From: an uncultured Acidimicrobiaceae bacterium
GTDB lineage: Bacteria; Actinomycetota; Acidimicrobiia; Acidimicrobiales; RAAP-2
Assembly: GCA_903894295.1 (NCBI GenBank)
Contig: CAITPI010000134.1
Coordinates: 4,793-68,792, forward strand
Direction of reading: 5' to 3'
DNA: 64,000 bases
Both the position numbers and the translations under genes were made by a program. Every line of letters begins with the position of its first letter. Position 1 is the stretch's first letter. The notes beneath the pieces are model-generated. The model had not been told where the DNA came from and searched no databases. It saw only the letters and a list, made by a program, of their open reading frames with translations. Below are positions 45,877 to 54,584 of this stretch, piece by piece.

Positions 45877-46989
45877 ATGACCTCTTGTCGGCAGGTTCCC
45901 GCGCGCCGGACGCATCGTTGTGGCCCAGGTTCCCTGGCGCTGGTGCCACTGGCCATGGCGTCGGTGATTCTGGGCGGCTGCGGGGCATCGTCCCTGATCG
46001 GCTCGGCGGCGACCACGACAACCCCGGCGGCACCGTCATCCCCGTCGACCACGGTGCCCACCAACGGAGAGATCGCCGTGGCCTTTCCCGTCGTGGCCTG
46101 CACCACCCCCTCGGGCGCTCCGGCCAACACCACGGGATGGAAACCAACGGTGCTGCTGGCACCGATTCCCACCTCCCTGGTGGGCAAGGTCGCCTTCTAC
46201 ACCGACGGCACCCACACCGTTCTGGGCCCGGTGGGCTGGTCCTGCACCCAGACCATCAACAATTCCGCTGCCAACGCGGCCTCTGGCACCAGTGGAGCCA
46301 CCGGCTCGAGTGGGACCACCTCGGCCACGCCGACGGCCACCACGGCCACGGTAGGAAGCGTCGGGGCGCTCGGACTGGTGGTGTACCCGTCCACCGATCC
46401 TTCTCCGCCCACGGCCGGCGTGCCCGCTCCGGGAACGGAGGGAGTGTTTGCCGAGTTCGACACCACCGGTACCTCGGCGGGGGTCGGGATGGTCTGCCCG
46501 TTCTTCTCGGTGGCCTCGTTCCAGAAGTACGAGGCCCACTGCCCGACCTCGCCACCAACCGGGGAGGCAGAAGCGAACCCGACCCCGGACATCGCTTCGG
46601 TGAAGGATGCGGCCGGCGCCATCGGCAGCCTGGCGGCTTCCGGGGGTCGTCAGGCCGTGACTGGGTCGATCCTCTTCCCCCAGATCACCCCCAACGTCAC
46701 CGAAGGCCTCGCGGTCCACGTCGCCGTGGAGGTCTGCAGTCTGGTCGATGCCTCCCTCTGCCCCACCGTCCTCTCGGACTTTGACGTGCGGGAGTTCCCG
46801 ACGCCCCAGTCGGCCTACTCCCAGACCTACTCGGGTTCCGGCAGTTACTCCTCGGGTTCGTCCTACGGAGGCACGACCTACGCACCCTCGAACGGGAACT
46901 CGGGAACCTCGGCCACCGATCCGACCACCACCACGACACCGGCGACGGCGACTACCCATCCGGCAAGCACCACGACGACCGCTGGCTGA
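45877..46989 (+). CDS. putative lipoprotein, Ser/Thr-rich, unknown function
   Basis: This is the frame of ORF 45724..46989, with the start at ATG 45877. It has a signal peptide with the lipobox LGGC, and low-complexity T/S/P segments flank a Cys-containing globular part. Confidence 0.5.
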   Translation: MTSCRQVPARRTHRCGPGSLALVPLAMASVILGGCGASSLIGSAATTTTPAAPSSPSTTVPTNGEIAVAFPVVACTTPSGAPANTTGWKPTVLLAPIPTSLVGKVAFYTDGTHTVLGPVGWSCTQTINNSAANAASGTSGATGSSGTTSATPTATTATVGSVGALGLVVYPSTDPSPPTAGVPAPGTEGVFAEFDTTGTSAGVGMVCPFFSVASFQKYEAHCPTSPPTGEAEANPTPDIASVKDAAGAIGSLAASGGRQAVTGSILFPQITPNVTEGLAVHVAVEVCSLVDASLCPTVLSDFDVREFPTPQSAYSQTYSGSGSYSSGSSYGGTTYAPSNGNSGTSATDPTTTTTPATATTHPASTTTTAG

Positions 46990-47161
46990 AACGATTTCAC
47001 CGCGTTGTCGTTAGAAGTGATCTAAGGTCGCGCGCAGAGCAGAGGAACGTTGCCGGGCCGCAGGTGCGACAACGTTTGAGGGGCATGTTCATCGCAAGTG
47101 GGCCGTCGACGCTTCATCCGTCCGGAAGAAGCGTCGGGGTACGAGAGGTGAGGGTGCAGGC

Positions 47162-49075
47162 ATGGATCATGGCGTCGCGTCGGATACGGACGGACCGCGG
47201 GTTGACAACGGACCGCAAACCGTCAGAGCCGGAGAGTTCGTGGATCGTCGCCGGCGGACCCACCTGAAGCCCGCCTCGGGAGCACTGGCATCGCTCCATC
47301 GCCAAGGAGTGGCCGGGCGGGACACGTCGGATGTGGAAGCCCACCGCGAGCGCAAGCGGGCCGCCAAACTGACCAGACTGGCTGTCGTTCTCGGAATCAT
47401 CGCCCTCGTACTGGCCGGAAAGGACCTGCTGGCTCCCCACGCCACATGGCCCGTTCCCCACCTTCCGCCCTCCCTGCAGCCCCTCCTGCCGGCCATGGCC
47501 CTGATCGTGGTGCTCGTGCTGGTCATGGTGGTCCCGATGATGGGTGCCGGACGGTCGCCTCACGTGCTCTACCGGCCGGAGGAGATCAACGTCCGGTTGG
47601 AGGACGTCCGGGGTTCGGACGGACTGGTCGAGGAAGTGACCAAAACCCTCAACCTGTTCCTCTCCCATCAGGCCTTCGCCGACCAGATGGGTGGCACGCC
47701 CCGCAAGGGAGTGCTCTTCGAGGGCCCACCGGGCACCGGCAAGACCTACATGGCCAAAGCCATGGCAGCCGAGGCCGGCGTGCCGTTCCTCTTCGTCTCG
47801 TCATCGGCGTTCCAGTCGATGTTCTACGGACAGACCAACCGCAAGATCCGGGCCTACTTCAAGGCCCTGCGCACCTATGCCCGGCGAGACGGTGGCGCCA
47901 TCGGCTTCATCGAGGAACTTGATGCCATCGGCGGAGCACGCGGCCAGGGTGGCCAGCACGGCGAAGGGGTTCCCGGAGTGGTCAACGAACTCCTGGTGCA
48001 ACTCCAGTCGTTCGACCAGACCCCACGCTCCGCCCGCATCAAGGGCATGGCGATCGATTTCCTCAACGGCTGGCTGCCCAGCCACCGTCATCTGAAGAAA
48101 CCAGCGGTCGCTACGGCCAACATCCTGATCATCGGAGCAACCAACCGGGCCGGCGATCTCGATCCCGCCCTGCTCCGACCCGGGCGCTTCGACCGCACCA
48201 TCTACTTCGGGCTCCCGAGCCGACCGGGCCGACGCGACATCATCGCCTACTACCTCGCCAAGAAGGCCCACGAAGATGAAGTTGGGGACGACGAGCGCCT
48301 CGACACCCTGGCGGCCATGACGGCGGGATACTCACCCGTCATGATCGAGCACCTGATGGACGAGGCGCTGGTTTGGGCCCTTCGTCGGGGGGCGGACCGG
48401 TTCTCCTGGAACGACCTGCTGCACGCCAAGATGACCGAAGAGATCGGATTGGCCCAGCCGGTGGACTACACCGAGGCCGAGCAGCGCACCATCGCCACCC
48501 ACGAGGCAGGACATGCCACCGTGGCGTGGCTGGTTGGAAAGGGGCGCAAGCTGGAGATCCTGACGATCATCAAGCGCAAGGAGGCGCTTGGTCTCCTGAG
48601 TCACAGCGAGACCGAGGAACGGTTCACCAAGACCAAGTCGGAGATCCGGGCCCTGATGGACATCGCCTTCGGCGGCATGGTGGCCGAAGAACTCTTTTTC
48701 GGTGAGGCCTCGTCAGGAGTGGCCGGTGACCTCCAGGCCGCCACCACCACTGCATGTCAGATGGTTGGCCAACTCGGCATGGGCGACTCGCTCATCTCGG
48801 CCGCAGCACTCGAGTACCCGTCCGGCGGCATCGTGTCCAAGGTGCTCGGCACCGACAGCGGCCGGGAAGAGGTCGAACGGCTGCTCGGTGAGTCGAAGGC
48901 ATCCGTCGAGCGGATGCTCGAGGCCAACCGGTCGGTGGTCGAGGCCCTGCGTGATGCTCTCCTCAGCCGCCACGAGCTGATCGGGGACGAGATCCTTGAG
49001 GTCATCCGCCAGGCGGTGGCAGGCCAGCCTGATCTGGCCGCCAACGCCATCAACGGCATCCGTCTAGACGACTGA
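47162..49075 (+). CDS. FtsH-like AAA+ zinc metalloprotease paralogue
   Basis: ORF 47162..49075. It has two TM helices, Walker A GPPGTGKT, Walker B IGFIEELD, sensor IIGATNR...RPGRFDR and the M41 zinc motif HEAGHA. Confidence 0.8.
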   Translation: MDHGVASDTDGPRVDNGPQTVRAGEFVDRRRRTHLKPASGALASLHRQGVAGRDTSDVEAHRERKRAAKLTRLAVVLGIIALVLAGKDLLAPHATWPVPHLPPSLQPLLPAMALIVVLVLVMVVPMMGAGRSPHVLYRPEEINVRLEDVRGSDGLVEEVTKTLNLFLSHQAFADQMGGTPRKGVLFEGPPGTGKTYMAKAMAAEAGVPFLFVSSSAFQSMFYGQTNRKIRAYFKALRTYARRDGGAIGFIEELDAIGGARGQGGQHGEGVPGVVNELLVQLQSFDQTPRSARIKGMAIDFLNGWLPSHRHLKKPAVATANILIIGATNRAGDLDPALLRPGRFDRTIYFGLPSRPGRRDIIAYYLAKKAHEDEVGDDERLDTLAAMTAGYSPVMIEHLMDEALVWALRRGADRFSWNDLLHAKMTEEIGLAQPVDYTEAEQRTIATHEAGHATVAWLVGKGRKLEILTIIKRKEALGLLSHSETEERFTKTKSEIRALMDIAFGGMVAEELFFGEASSGVAGDLQAATTTACQMVGQLGMGDSLISAAALEYPSGGIVSKVLGTDSGREEVERLLGESKASVERMLEANRSVVEALRDALLSRHELIGDEILEVIRQAVAGQPDLAANAINGIRLDD

Positions 49076-50066
49076 GTCTCCCCGCTGAGGCTTCGGGCGG
49101 GGCTTCGGACTGAAGCGCTCCGGAGACTCCGACCGGAGATGAGTCCTCGGGGTTCCCCGTTGTCGGGCAATGTCCGGAATCGCCCCAGGATAGGACTCCC
49201 GCGAGGAAACCGGGAACGCCGCCGACCCAGGATTCGCCCCGCGCTGCCGTAAGAGAGCTGCCGGGGAAGGACCTGGCTGGTCCCCGGGGCTGGCATCGAT
49301 GGAAGACCGCATCAATGAACAACGCCAGGAACCCGGGAACAAGCCGGAGCGGTCACCGGCGCCGAAACACCTGCGTAACCCCAGCCGGACGGCCGGTCGC
49401 CTGGGACCCCACGTCGTTGTTACCCGGCGTGCCCGCATCAAGACCAGACCGGGCTCATCGCACAACGTCAGATCCAGAGTCAGATCCAGGGACAGAACCA
49501 GACCGGGTCGAAACCAACTGACGGGACCGACGGGCCTCTCCCCGCAACCCGGGGAGAACCGCTTCACCCAGCGACCAAAACCACTCTGCGACCGCTCCTG
49601 ACCGCAACGGCGGCCGGTGGCAACACCGGCAACAAGGAGCGGCCGTCGGAATACCCAACGAATCGACTCCGTGGAGGGCCCATCTGCACGCTGCAACAGC
49701 TCCGGACAGCTACCCCTTGCCACCGCAGACGCCACCCGGCACCAGGGTCTCCGGGCAGACGAAGCGGAAGACCGCAGCAGACCAGGAACCGCCCCCGTCG
49801 GATCATTCGGGGAGTGCCCGACGGGGAACCGTTAATGGACATGGTCCGGCGACGACCGGACCACGCATCAGGGCCAGCGGCAAGATCTGCCTCATGGGCC
49901 TCCGACTGGCGGGTCCAAACACCACCAGGCCCCGAAGTTCCCATCATTGTCCGTATCAGACGGGCATGGCGCCCGGCGAACGGTGATGACGTGCCGTTGA
50001 CCGGTGCACGCGGTAGGGAACGAATTGCCGAGACACCTCGGCGAGAGAATCACGGATGCACCGGGA

Positions 50067-50103
50067 CAAAAAGAGTGCGCACCCCAAAAGGGGTGCGCAC
50101 TCT
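50067..50103 (-). terminator. intrinsic terminator of the secreted-protein operon
   Basis: On the minus strand the sequence is AGAGTGCGCACCCC-uuuu-GGGGTGCGCACTCT followed by TTTTT. The stem is 14 bp and perfect, and it lies about 25 nt after the stop at 50128. Confidence 0.8.
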
Positions 50104-50127
50104 TTCACATCGCAATCGGTTGGTTGA

Positions 50128-51918
50128 TCAGCTGATCATGGGTACGACGACCTGCTGGAACCGGGAGCTCGACGAACTGTAGTTGCCGTCCGACGAGTAG
50201 CTCACCGTTACCCGGTAGAGCGTCGTGACTCCACCCTCAGCCGTCAGCGTTCCGGCCGGCAGGTAACAGGTCGTGACGCCCTGGTCCGTGATCCCGTTGT
50301 TGAGGGCCTGGTAATTGCCGTCCTGACAGGTGAACGATGCGCCAGACGGGTCCGTGATCGTCCAGGTCATCGCTCCGGTCGGCGGACCCACCAGCGTCGA
50401 GCCGCCGGCTCCGCCGCTGGCATCCCGCACCGTAAGCGACGCCGTCAAGCCGATCCCCGTGCCGTCCATGGCCGGAGCACTCGTCGAGGAGACCGAGATC
50501 TGGGTCGGCGTCTTGCCCACGAGAAACAGGCGGTTCGGAGCCGTCGCCGGCAGGTAGTTGCCGTCACCGAGGTAGTTGGCGTAGTAGCGGTAGTACCCGG
50601 CATACTCACCGCCACCCACGGTGAAGGTGGCGGTTCCGGTCGAATCCAGCGTCGCCGTACCACCCTGGCAGCCGTACTGGTTGTTGTTCCCGCACACCGA
50701 GAACTCGACCACACCGGAGGGAGTCGGCCCGCTTCCCGCCGCCGGGGTGACGACCGCCGTGATCGGGAACGAAGCGCCCGCCGTCAACCCCTTGGGAACC
50801 GAGACCGAGATGTTTGAGCCGGTCTGGCCGGTCTCTTCATACAGTGTGCCGGTGCTGGCGGCGTAGTTGGGGTCGCTCAGCGTCGCCGTGACGGTGTAGT
50901 ACACGAGCGACGGGAGTCCGGCCGCGATGGTGCAGGTGGCCGAGCCGTTGGCAAACGTGTTGGTCCCGCCGTCACAAGGAAGGGACTGCCGGGGGTTGCC
51001 GCCGGCCGGAACGATGGAGAACGTCACGTTCCCGGCGGGTACGCCGGTCCCCCCGTCGCTTCCCGAAGACGATGCCAACGCCGTGAACGACACCGCCGTG
51101 TTGGGCTGCAGGGCGCAGATGTCTCCACTGCAGTTGTTCGGTGACGCCGTCACGGCAACCGAGGTGGCCGCCTGGGAGGTGATCTGCCTCACGGAACTGG
51201 CGCTGGTGGCGAAGTTGGGGTCCCCTCCGTAGCTCACGCCCACGATGACCGGCGAGTTGGCTGCCAGCAGCCCGGCCGAGACCGAGCAGGTGGCCTGCCC
51301 GCTGCCGTTGACGGCAATGACGTTGCTGCCTCCGTCACAGGTCACGCCGGTGAATGTCTCCGCTCCGGTCAGGGCACCGACGCCCGGTGCCACCACCGAT
51401 GTGCTGGCCGTGAAGGAAACCCCTTCACCGGTCTTCGAAGGGTTGGCCGAGGACGTCAAGGTGGTGGTGGACCTGGCCGGGTTGACCACCTGGTTGGACG
51501 TTCCCGTGCTGGACCGGTACTGGCCATCGACAGTGTCGACGTACGTCGCCGAAACCACACCGGCCTGGGCGGGCGTCAACCCGCCACTTACGGCACAGGA
51601 GACCGTGTTCGACCCGTTCAGGGCGAACACGTTGCTCCCGCCGTCGCACGTCACGCCCGAGACCGTCACCTGTCCGTAGGTGGGCACGGCGATCGACGAT
51701 GGCCGGGCAATCACCGAGATGGAGTAACTGAGGGGCGCTCCGGTGACGGTACTGTGGGCCGACGACGTCACCGTGGTCAGCGTCTTGTAGGGGGCCGACG
51801 TCACCGCACCGGCCGGCAGGGCCAGGAAGCCACCGACCAGCGCTGCGGCGGCCACCGAAGCCCCGATCCACCGGGCGCTGTTTCCAAACAGGTTCTTTTT
51901 CACCGTTCCACTCCTCAT
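50128..51918 (-). CDS. secreted protein with multiple bacterial Ig-like repeats
   Basis: ORF 50128..52005, with the start at ATG 51918 (ATGA overlap). It has a signal peptide ARWIGASVAAAALVGGFLALPAGA. This is followed by about 6 repeats of roughly 90 aa, each with a Cys pair (for example TGVTCDGGSNVIAVNGSGQATCSVSAGL). Confidence 0.7.
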   Translation of the reverse strand: MRSGTVKKNLFGNSARWIGASVAAAALVGGFLALPAGAVTSAPYKTLTTVTSSAHSTVTGAPLSYSISVIARPSSIAVPTYGQVTVSGVTCDGGSNVFALNGSNTVSCAVSGGLTPAQAGVVSATYVDTVDGQYRSSTGTSNQVVNPARSTTTLTSSANPSKTGEGVSFTASTSVVAPGVGALTGAETFTGVTCDGGSNVIAVNGSGQATCSVSAGLLAANSPVIVGVSYGGDPNFATSASSVRQITSQAATSVAVTASPNNCSGDICALQPNTAVSFTALASSSGSDGGTGVPAGNVTFSIVPAGGNPRQSLPCDGGTNTFANGSATCTIAAGLPSLVYYTVTATLSDPNYAASTGTLYEETGQTGSNISVSVPKGLTAGASFPITAVVTPAAGSGPTPSGVVEFSVCGNNNQYGCQGGTATLDSTGTATFTVGGGEYAGYYRYYANYLGDGNYLPATAPNRLFLVGKTPTQISVSSTSAPAMDGTGIGLTASLTVRDASGGAGGSTLVGPPTGAMTWTITDPSGASFTCQDGNYQALNNGITDQGVTTCYLPAGTLTAEGGVTTLYRVTVSYSSDGNYSSSSSRFQQVVVPMIS

Positions 51919-52565
51919 GATGCCGCTCCGGTCACCGTTACCGTGCCGGACAGGGAACCCGTCCCGAAGGTAAAGCCCTTCAGGCCGGTTGATCCGGCTC
52001 CACATTTCGAACCCAGGGCCGAGTTCGTCAACTTGGACAGCAGGTTGGCGAAGGTCACGCTGCTTCCGCTGCCCGAGAACGAACCCGAACTGATCGCCGT
52101 GGGCAGGTCCACACTCACGAGGTTCTCGTTCGAGCCACTCAGGTTGGTGAAGTTGTTGGCTCCGGCGATCGTGACGGCCGAAGGCATTACCGGGCCCGCA
52201 CTGCCGCTCCAGCGGATCAGTCCGGTCACCGTCGGCAGGACCCCTTCATTCAGGAACGAACCACAGGTCAGTGGAAGCGCCGTGGACGTCGCTGCCGTCG
52301 CCGACAGGGAGCCTCCCGAAACCGGGGCGCTGCCCGAACAGTTCTTCAGCGAGACCTTGATCGACATCGTCGTCACGACTCCCGCATTGGTCAGACTCGG
52401 CGAGAACAGGTATTTGCCAATGGCCTGACACGTCGTCGTTCCGCCAGCCGACACCGCCGCCGCCGACTGGACCGCCCCGGCGGATCCCGCCATGGCGCCC
52501 AGAGCCAGTATCGGCGTTGCTCCGAGAGCGACCGCCCCCAGTCCCTTCAAGAATCGTTTCACCAC
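51915..52565 (-). CDS. secreted Ser/Gly/Thr-rich protein, unknown function
   Basis: ORF 51915..52565. It has the signal peptide MVKRFLKGLGAVALGATPILALGAMAGSAGA and a beta-rich, Cys-containing mature part. It is first in the operon with the Ig-like repeat protein. Confidence 0.5.
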   Translation of the reverse strand: MVKRFLKGLGAVALGATPILALGAMAGSAGAVQSAAAVSAGGTTTCQAIGKYLFSPSLTNAGVVTTMSIKVSLKNCSGSAPVSGGSLSATAATSTALPLTCGSFLNEGVLPTVTGLIRWSGSAGPVMPSAVTIAGANNFTNLSGSNENLVSVDLPTAISSGSFSGSGSSVTFANLLSKLTNSALGSKCGAGSTGLKGFTFGTGSLSGTVTVTGAAS

Positions 52566-52792
52566 TCACAACCTTTCTGCCTCGGTCCGCCGCCTCGGCG
52601 ATCTTCCATGGTCAGGCCAACGCACGCTCGCTGCACCTTCAAGTCATCGGTCAAGCCATCGGTCGCCTGTTCCGCAGAGCGGAGTACCACACGTCCAACC
52701 ACTTCTGCAATGAAACCACAGATCGCAACCGCGTGATTCACCAAAATTGATGATTCGTCCCGGGTTGTCCCCAAATCTGAGGGGTCGCCCAG

Positions 52793-53950
52793 CTACCAGA
52801 GGGCGTTCCAGTCAGGCGCCGAGAGCCACCCCACCGGAGCGAAGTCCCCTGACCGCTCGACCACGACCTTCTCGATATCGATCCAGGTCGGCTGCGTCAG
52901 TCCGGCCCGCCGCCAATGGGTCAGGGGAACCGCCCGCCAGTCACGGCTCTTCACACCCCCGGCCGAGTACCCGGCGCGGACCAGCAGGTGGGCTGGGGAT
53001 CCGGCCACCACAACGCACGGACGGACCTTGCCACCACCGGTCGGCGCCTCGGGATCGTCGGCGTCGAACGGTATGAAGCACAGCACAATGGCCGACATCC
53101 ACGGATCGTCCGGGTCGAATCCGTCGAGTTCGACCGGTGAGAGCTGCGGCCGGCGGGCGTCGGGCGAGACCTTCCGGCTGACATGCACCAACTCCCGGTC
53201 GGAGTCAGGAGCCTCGACGACGGCCTGGCCGTGTTCCAACCGCTCCTTCTTGCGGCTGGCCCGCAGTTGCTCGGCGGCCTTCCGGGCAACTTCCTGCTGG
53301 CGCTTGCGTTCGGCCGCTTCCCTCTGCCGGCGAGCCTTGCGGGCCGTCCTGACCTCGTCGGCAGCCCCGGACTCGGCGATGATGGGTTGGTCGCTCCCGC
53401 CACTTCGACGTTCCTGGCCGCCATCCCGTTCGAGTCCAACAAGGCCATAACGCTCGTCGGTTGTCACCAGATCGAAACACAGGTCGGACGCCTCCATGTC
53501 CTCGGAGGCCACGTGGGCCAGCATGACGGCGATCACACGGTCGCTGAACTCTTCGCGCACCACGTCGAGCGCCTCCACCAGTTGTTCCCGGGTCGGGTCG
53601 TCCGCGTGGTCGCCTAGGGTCTCGATGGTCCGGGCCAGGCAGCCGTCGGCAATGCCGAGAGCCACGAAGGGCAGGACGGGCCGGTACTGCGGTCTTCCGA
53701 GCGCCTGCTGCGGATCCTTCTGCTTGCGCAGGGCGTTCAATCCGTTGATGATGGCTGCCGGCAAAGGGGCAACCGGTCCGGAGATGACTCCGAGACCCTG
53801 TCGGACCTCGTCGGTCGTCGTTCCTTCCACCGCCAGACGGAGGACCTCGAAACGCTCTTCCTCGGTGATCTCCGGGCGGTCTTCCTCCCCCGTCACGCCG
53901 TCATCCGGGGCAGAACCCGGACGTTCCCCAGCCACGTCGGCTGTCTCCAC
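52793..53950 (-). CDS. hypothetical multidomain protein with PemK/MazF-like C-terminal domain
   Basis: ORF 52793..53950. It has an acidic N-terminal helical domain and a Lys/Arg-rich coiled linker (RTARKARRQREAAERKRQQEVARKAAEQLRASRKKER). The C-terminal approximately 110 aa (AIVLCFIPFDADDP....GKVRPCVVVA..HLLVRAGYS......VPLTHWRRAGLTQPTWIDIEKVVV) resembles the PemK/MazF pattern. Confidence 0.45.
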   Translation of the reverse strand: METADVAGERPGSAPDDGVTGEEDRPEITEEERFEVLRLAVEGTTTDEVRQGLGVISGPVAPLPAAIINGLNALRKQKDPQQALGRPQYRPVLPFVALGIADGCLARTIETLGDHADDPTREQLVEALDVVREEFSDRVIAVMLAHVASEDMEASDLCFDLVTTDERYGLVGLERDGGQERRSGGSDQPIIAESGAADEVRTARKARRQREAAERKRQQEVARKAAEQLRASRKKERLEHGQAVVEAPDSDRELVHVSRKVSPDARRPQLSPVELDGFDPDDPWMSAIVLCFIPFDADDPEAPTGGGKVRPCVVVAGSPAHLLVRAGYSAGGVKSRDWRAVPLTHWRRAGLTQPTWIDIEKVVVERSGDFAPVGWLSAPDWNALW

Positions 53951-54203
53951 TTGTCACTCCTTGCTCCACGTTGCCACGAGCACGCTTCCCGTTCGGGACC
54001 TGCGCAGTCCTTCATCTTCGCAGACCGCAGACCGCCCGGTGCCGCCGCGGTCGGCGAACGCCCGGACCCCCGGCCGCCTTTGACGGCGCCCGGGGACGAC
54101 CACCCCTTCATAACCTGCCGTGGCTGACGGATGGGATGCCACACCCTCCGGTAGAATGGAGGCAGACAGACAAGACCGTTCCTACGATCAGGAGGCTTGA
54201 AGA

Positions 54204-54542
54204 ATGACGAACGCCGACGAGACGACGAGCCACGAAGACCAGCCGGTCAAGTTGGATCAGGGAACTGCCGATGACGTCCGCGTGACTCCTGGTGACCAAC
54301 TCCGCGCCCTGCCCCTCGAAGCCCAGGAACGGGGCACCCGCTTCGTTTCCGCTCAGGCCATGCAGGCCCGCCTCTTCTCCGTCTACGACGCCGCCGCTGC
54401 GGCCGAAGAAGCGCTGGCCCTGGTGCAGGAGCAGCTCACGCTGACGCTTGACCGCAGCTACTACGACGCCGAGGAGATCGAGCGGATGGCCGCCCAACTC
54501 GATGCACTGCTGCCGGCGAGGGACCTCGTCGCCGAGGGCTGA
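54204..54542 (+). CDS. small acidic hypothetical protein
   Basis: ORF 54204..54542 with a good SD (CAGGAGG about 8 nt upstream). It looks helical and I recognise no family. Confidence 0.4.
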   Translation: MTNADETTSHEDQPVKLDQGTADDVRVTPGDQLRALPLEAQERGTRFVSAQAMQARLFSVYDAAAAAEEALALVQEQLTLTLDRSYYDAEEIERMAAQLDALLPARDLVAEG

Positions 54543-54584
54543 GCCCTCATCCTCCGACCGGTCCTTGCGTCCGGTCGTCCTGCC

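Noticed and set aside
46270-46330. SGAT motif in the lipoprotein (ASGTSGATGSSGTT) as another flavinylation site
   Set aside because: It lies in a generic Ser/Gly/Thr low-complexity linker and has no ApbE context, so it is most likely coincidental.
49064-49735. 223-aa minus-strand ORF as a real protein
   Set aside because: The translation is Arg/Pro/Gly/Ser-rich with no hydrophobic core pattern, no SD and no recognisable family. I kept the region as an unexplained non-coding stretch instead.
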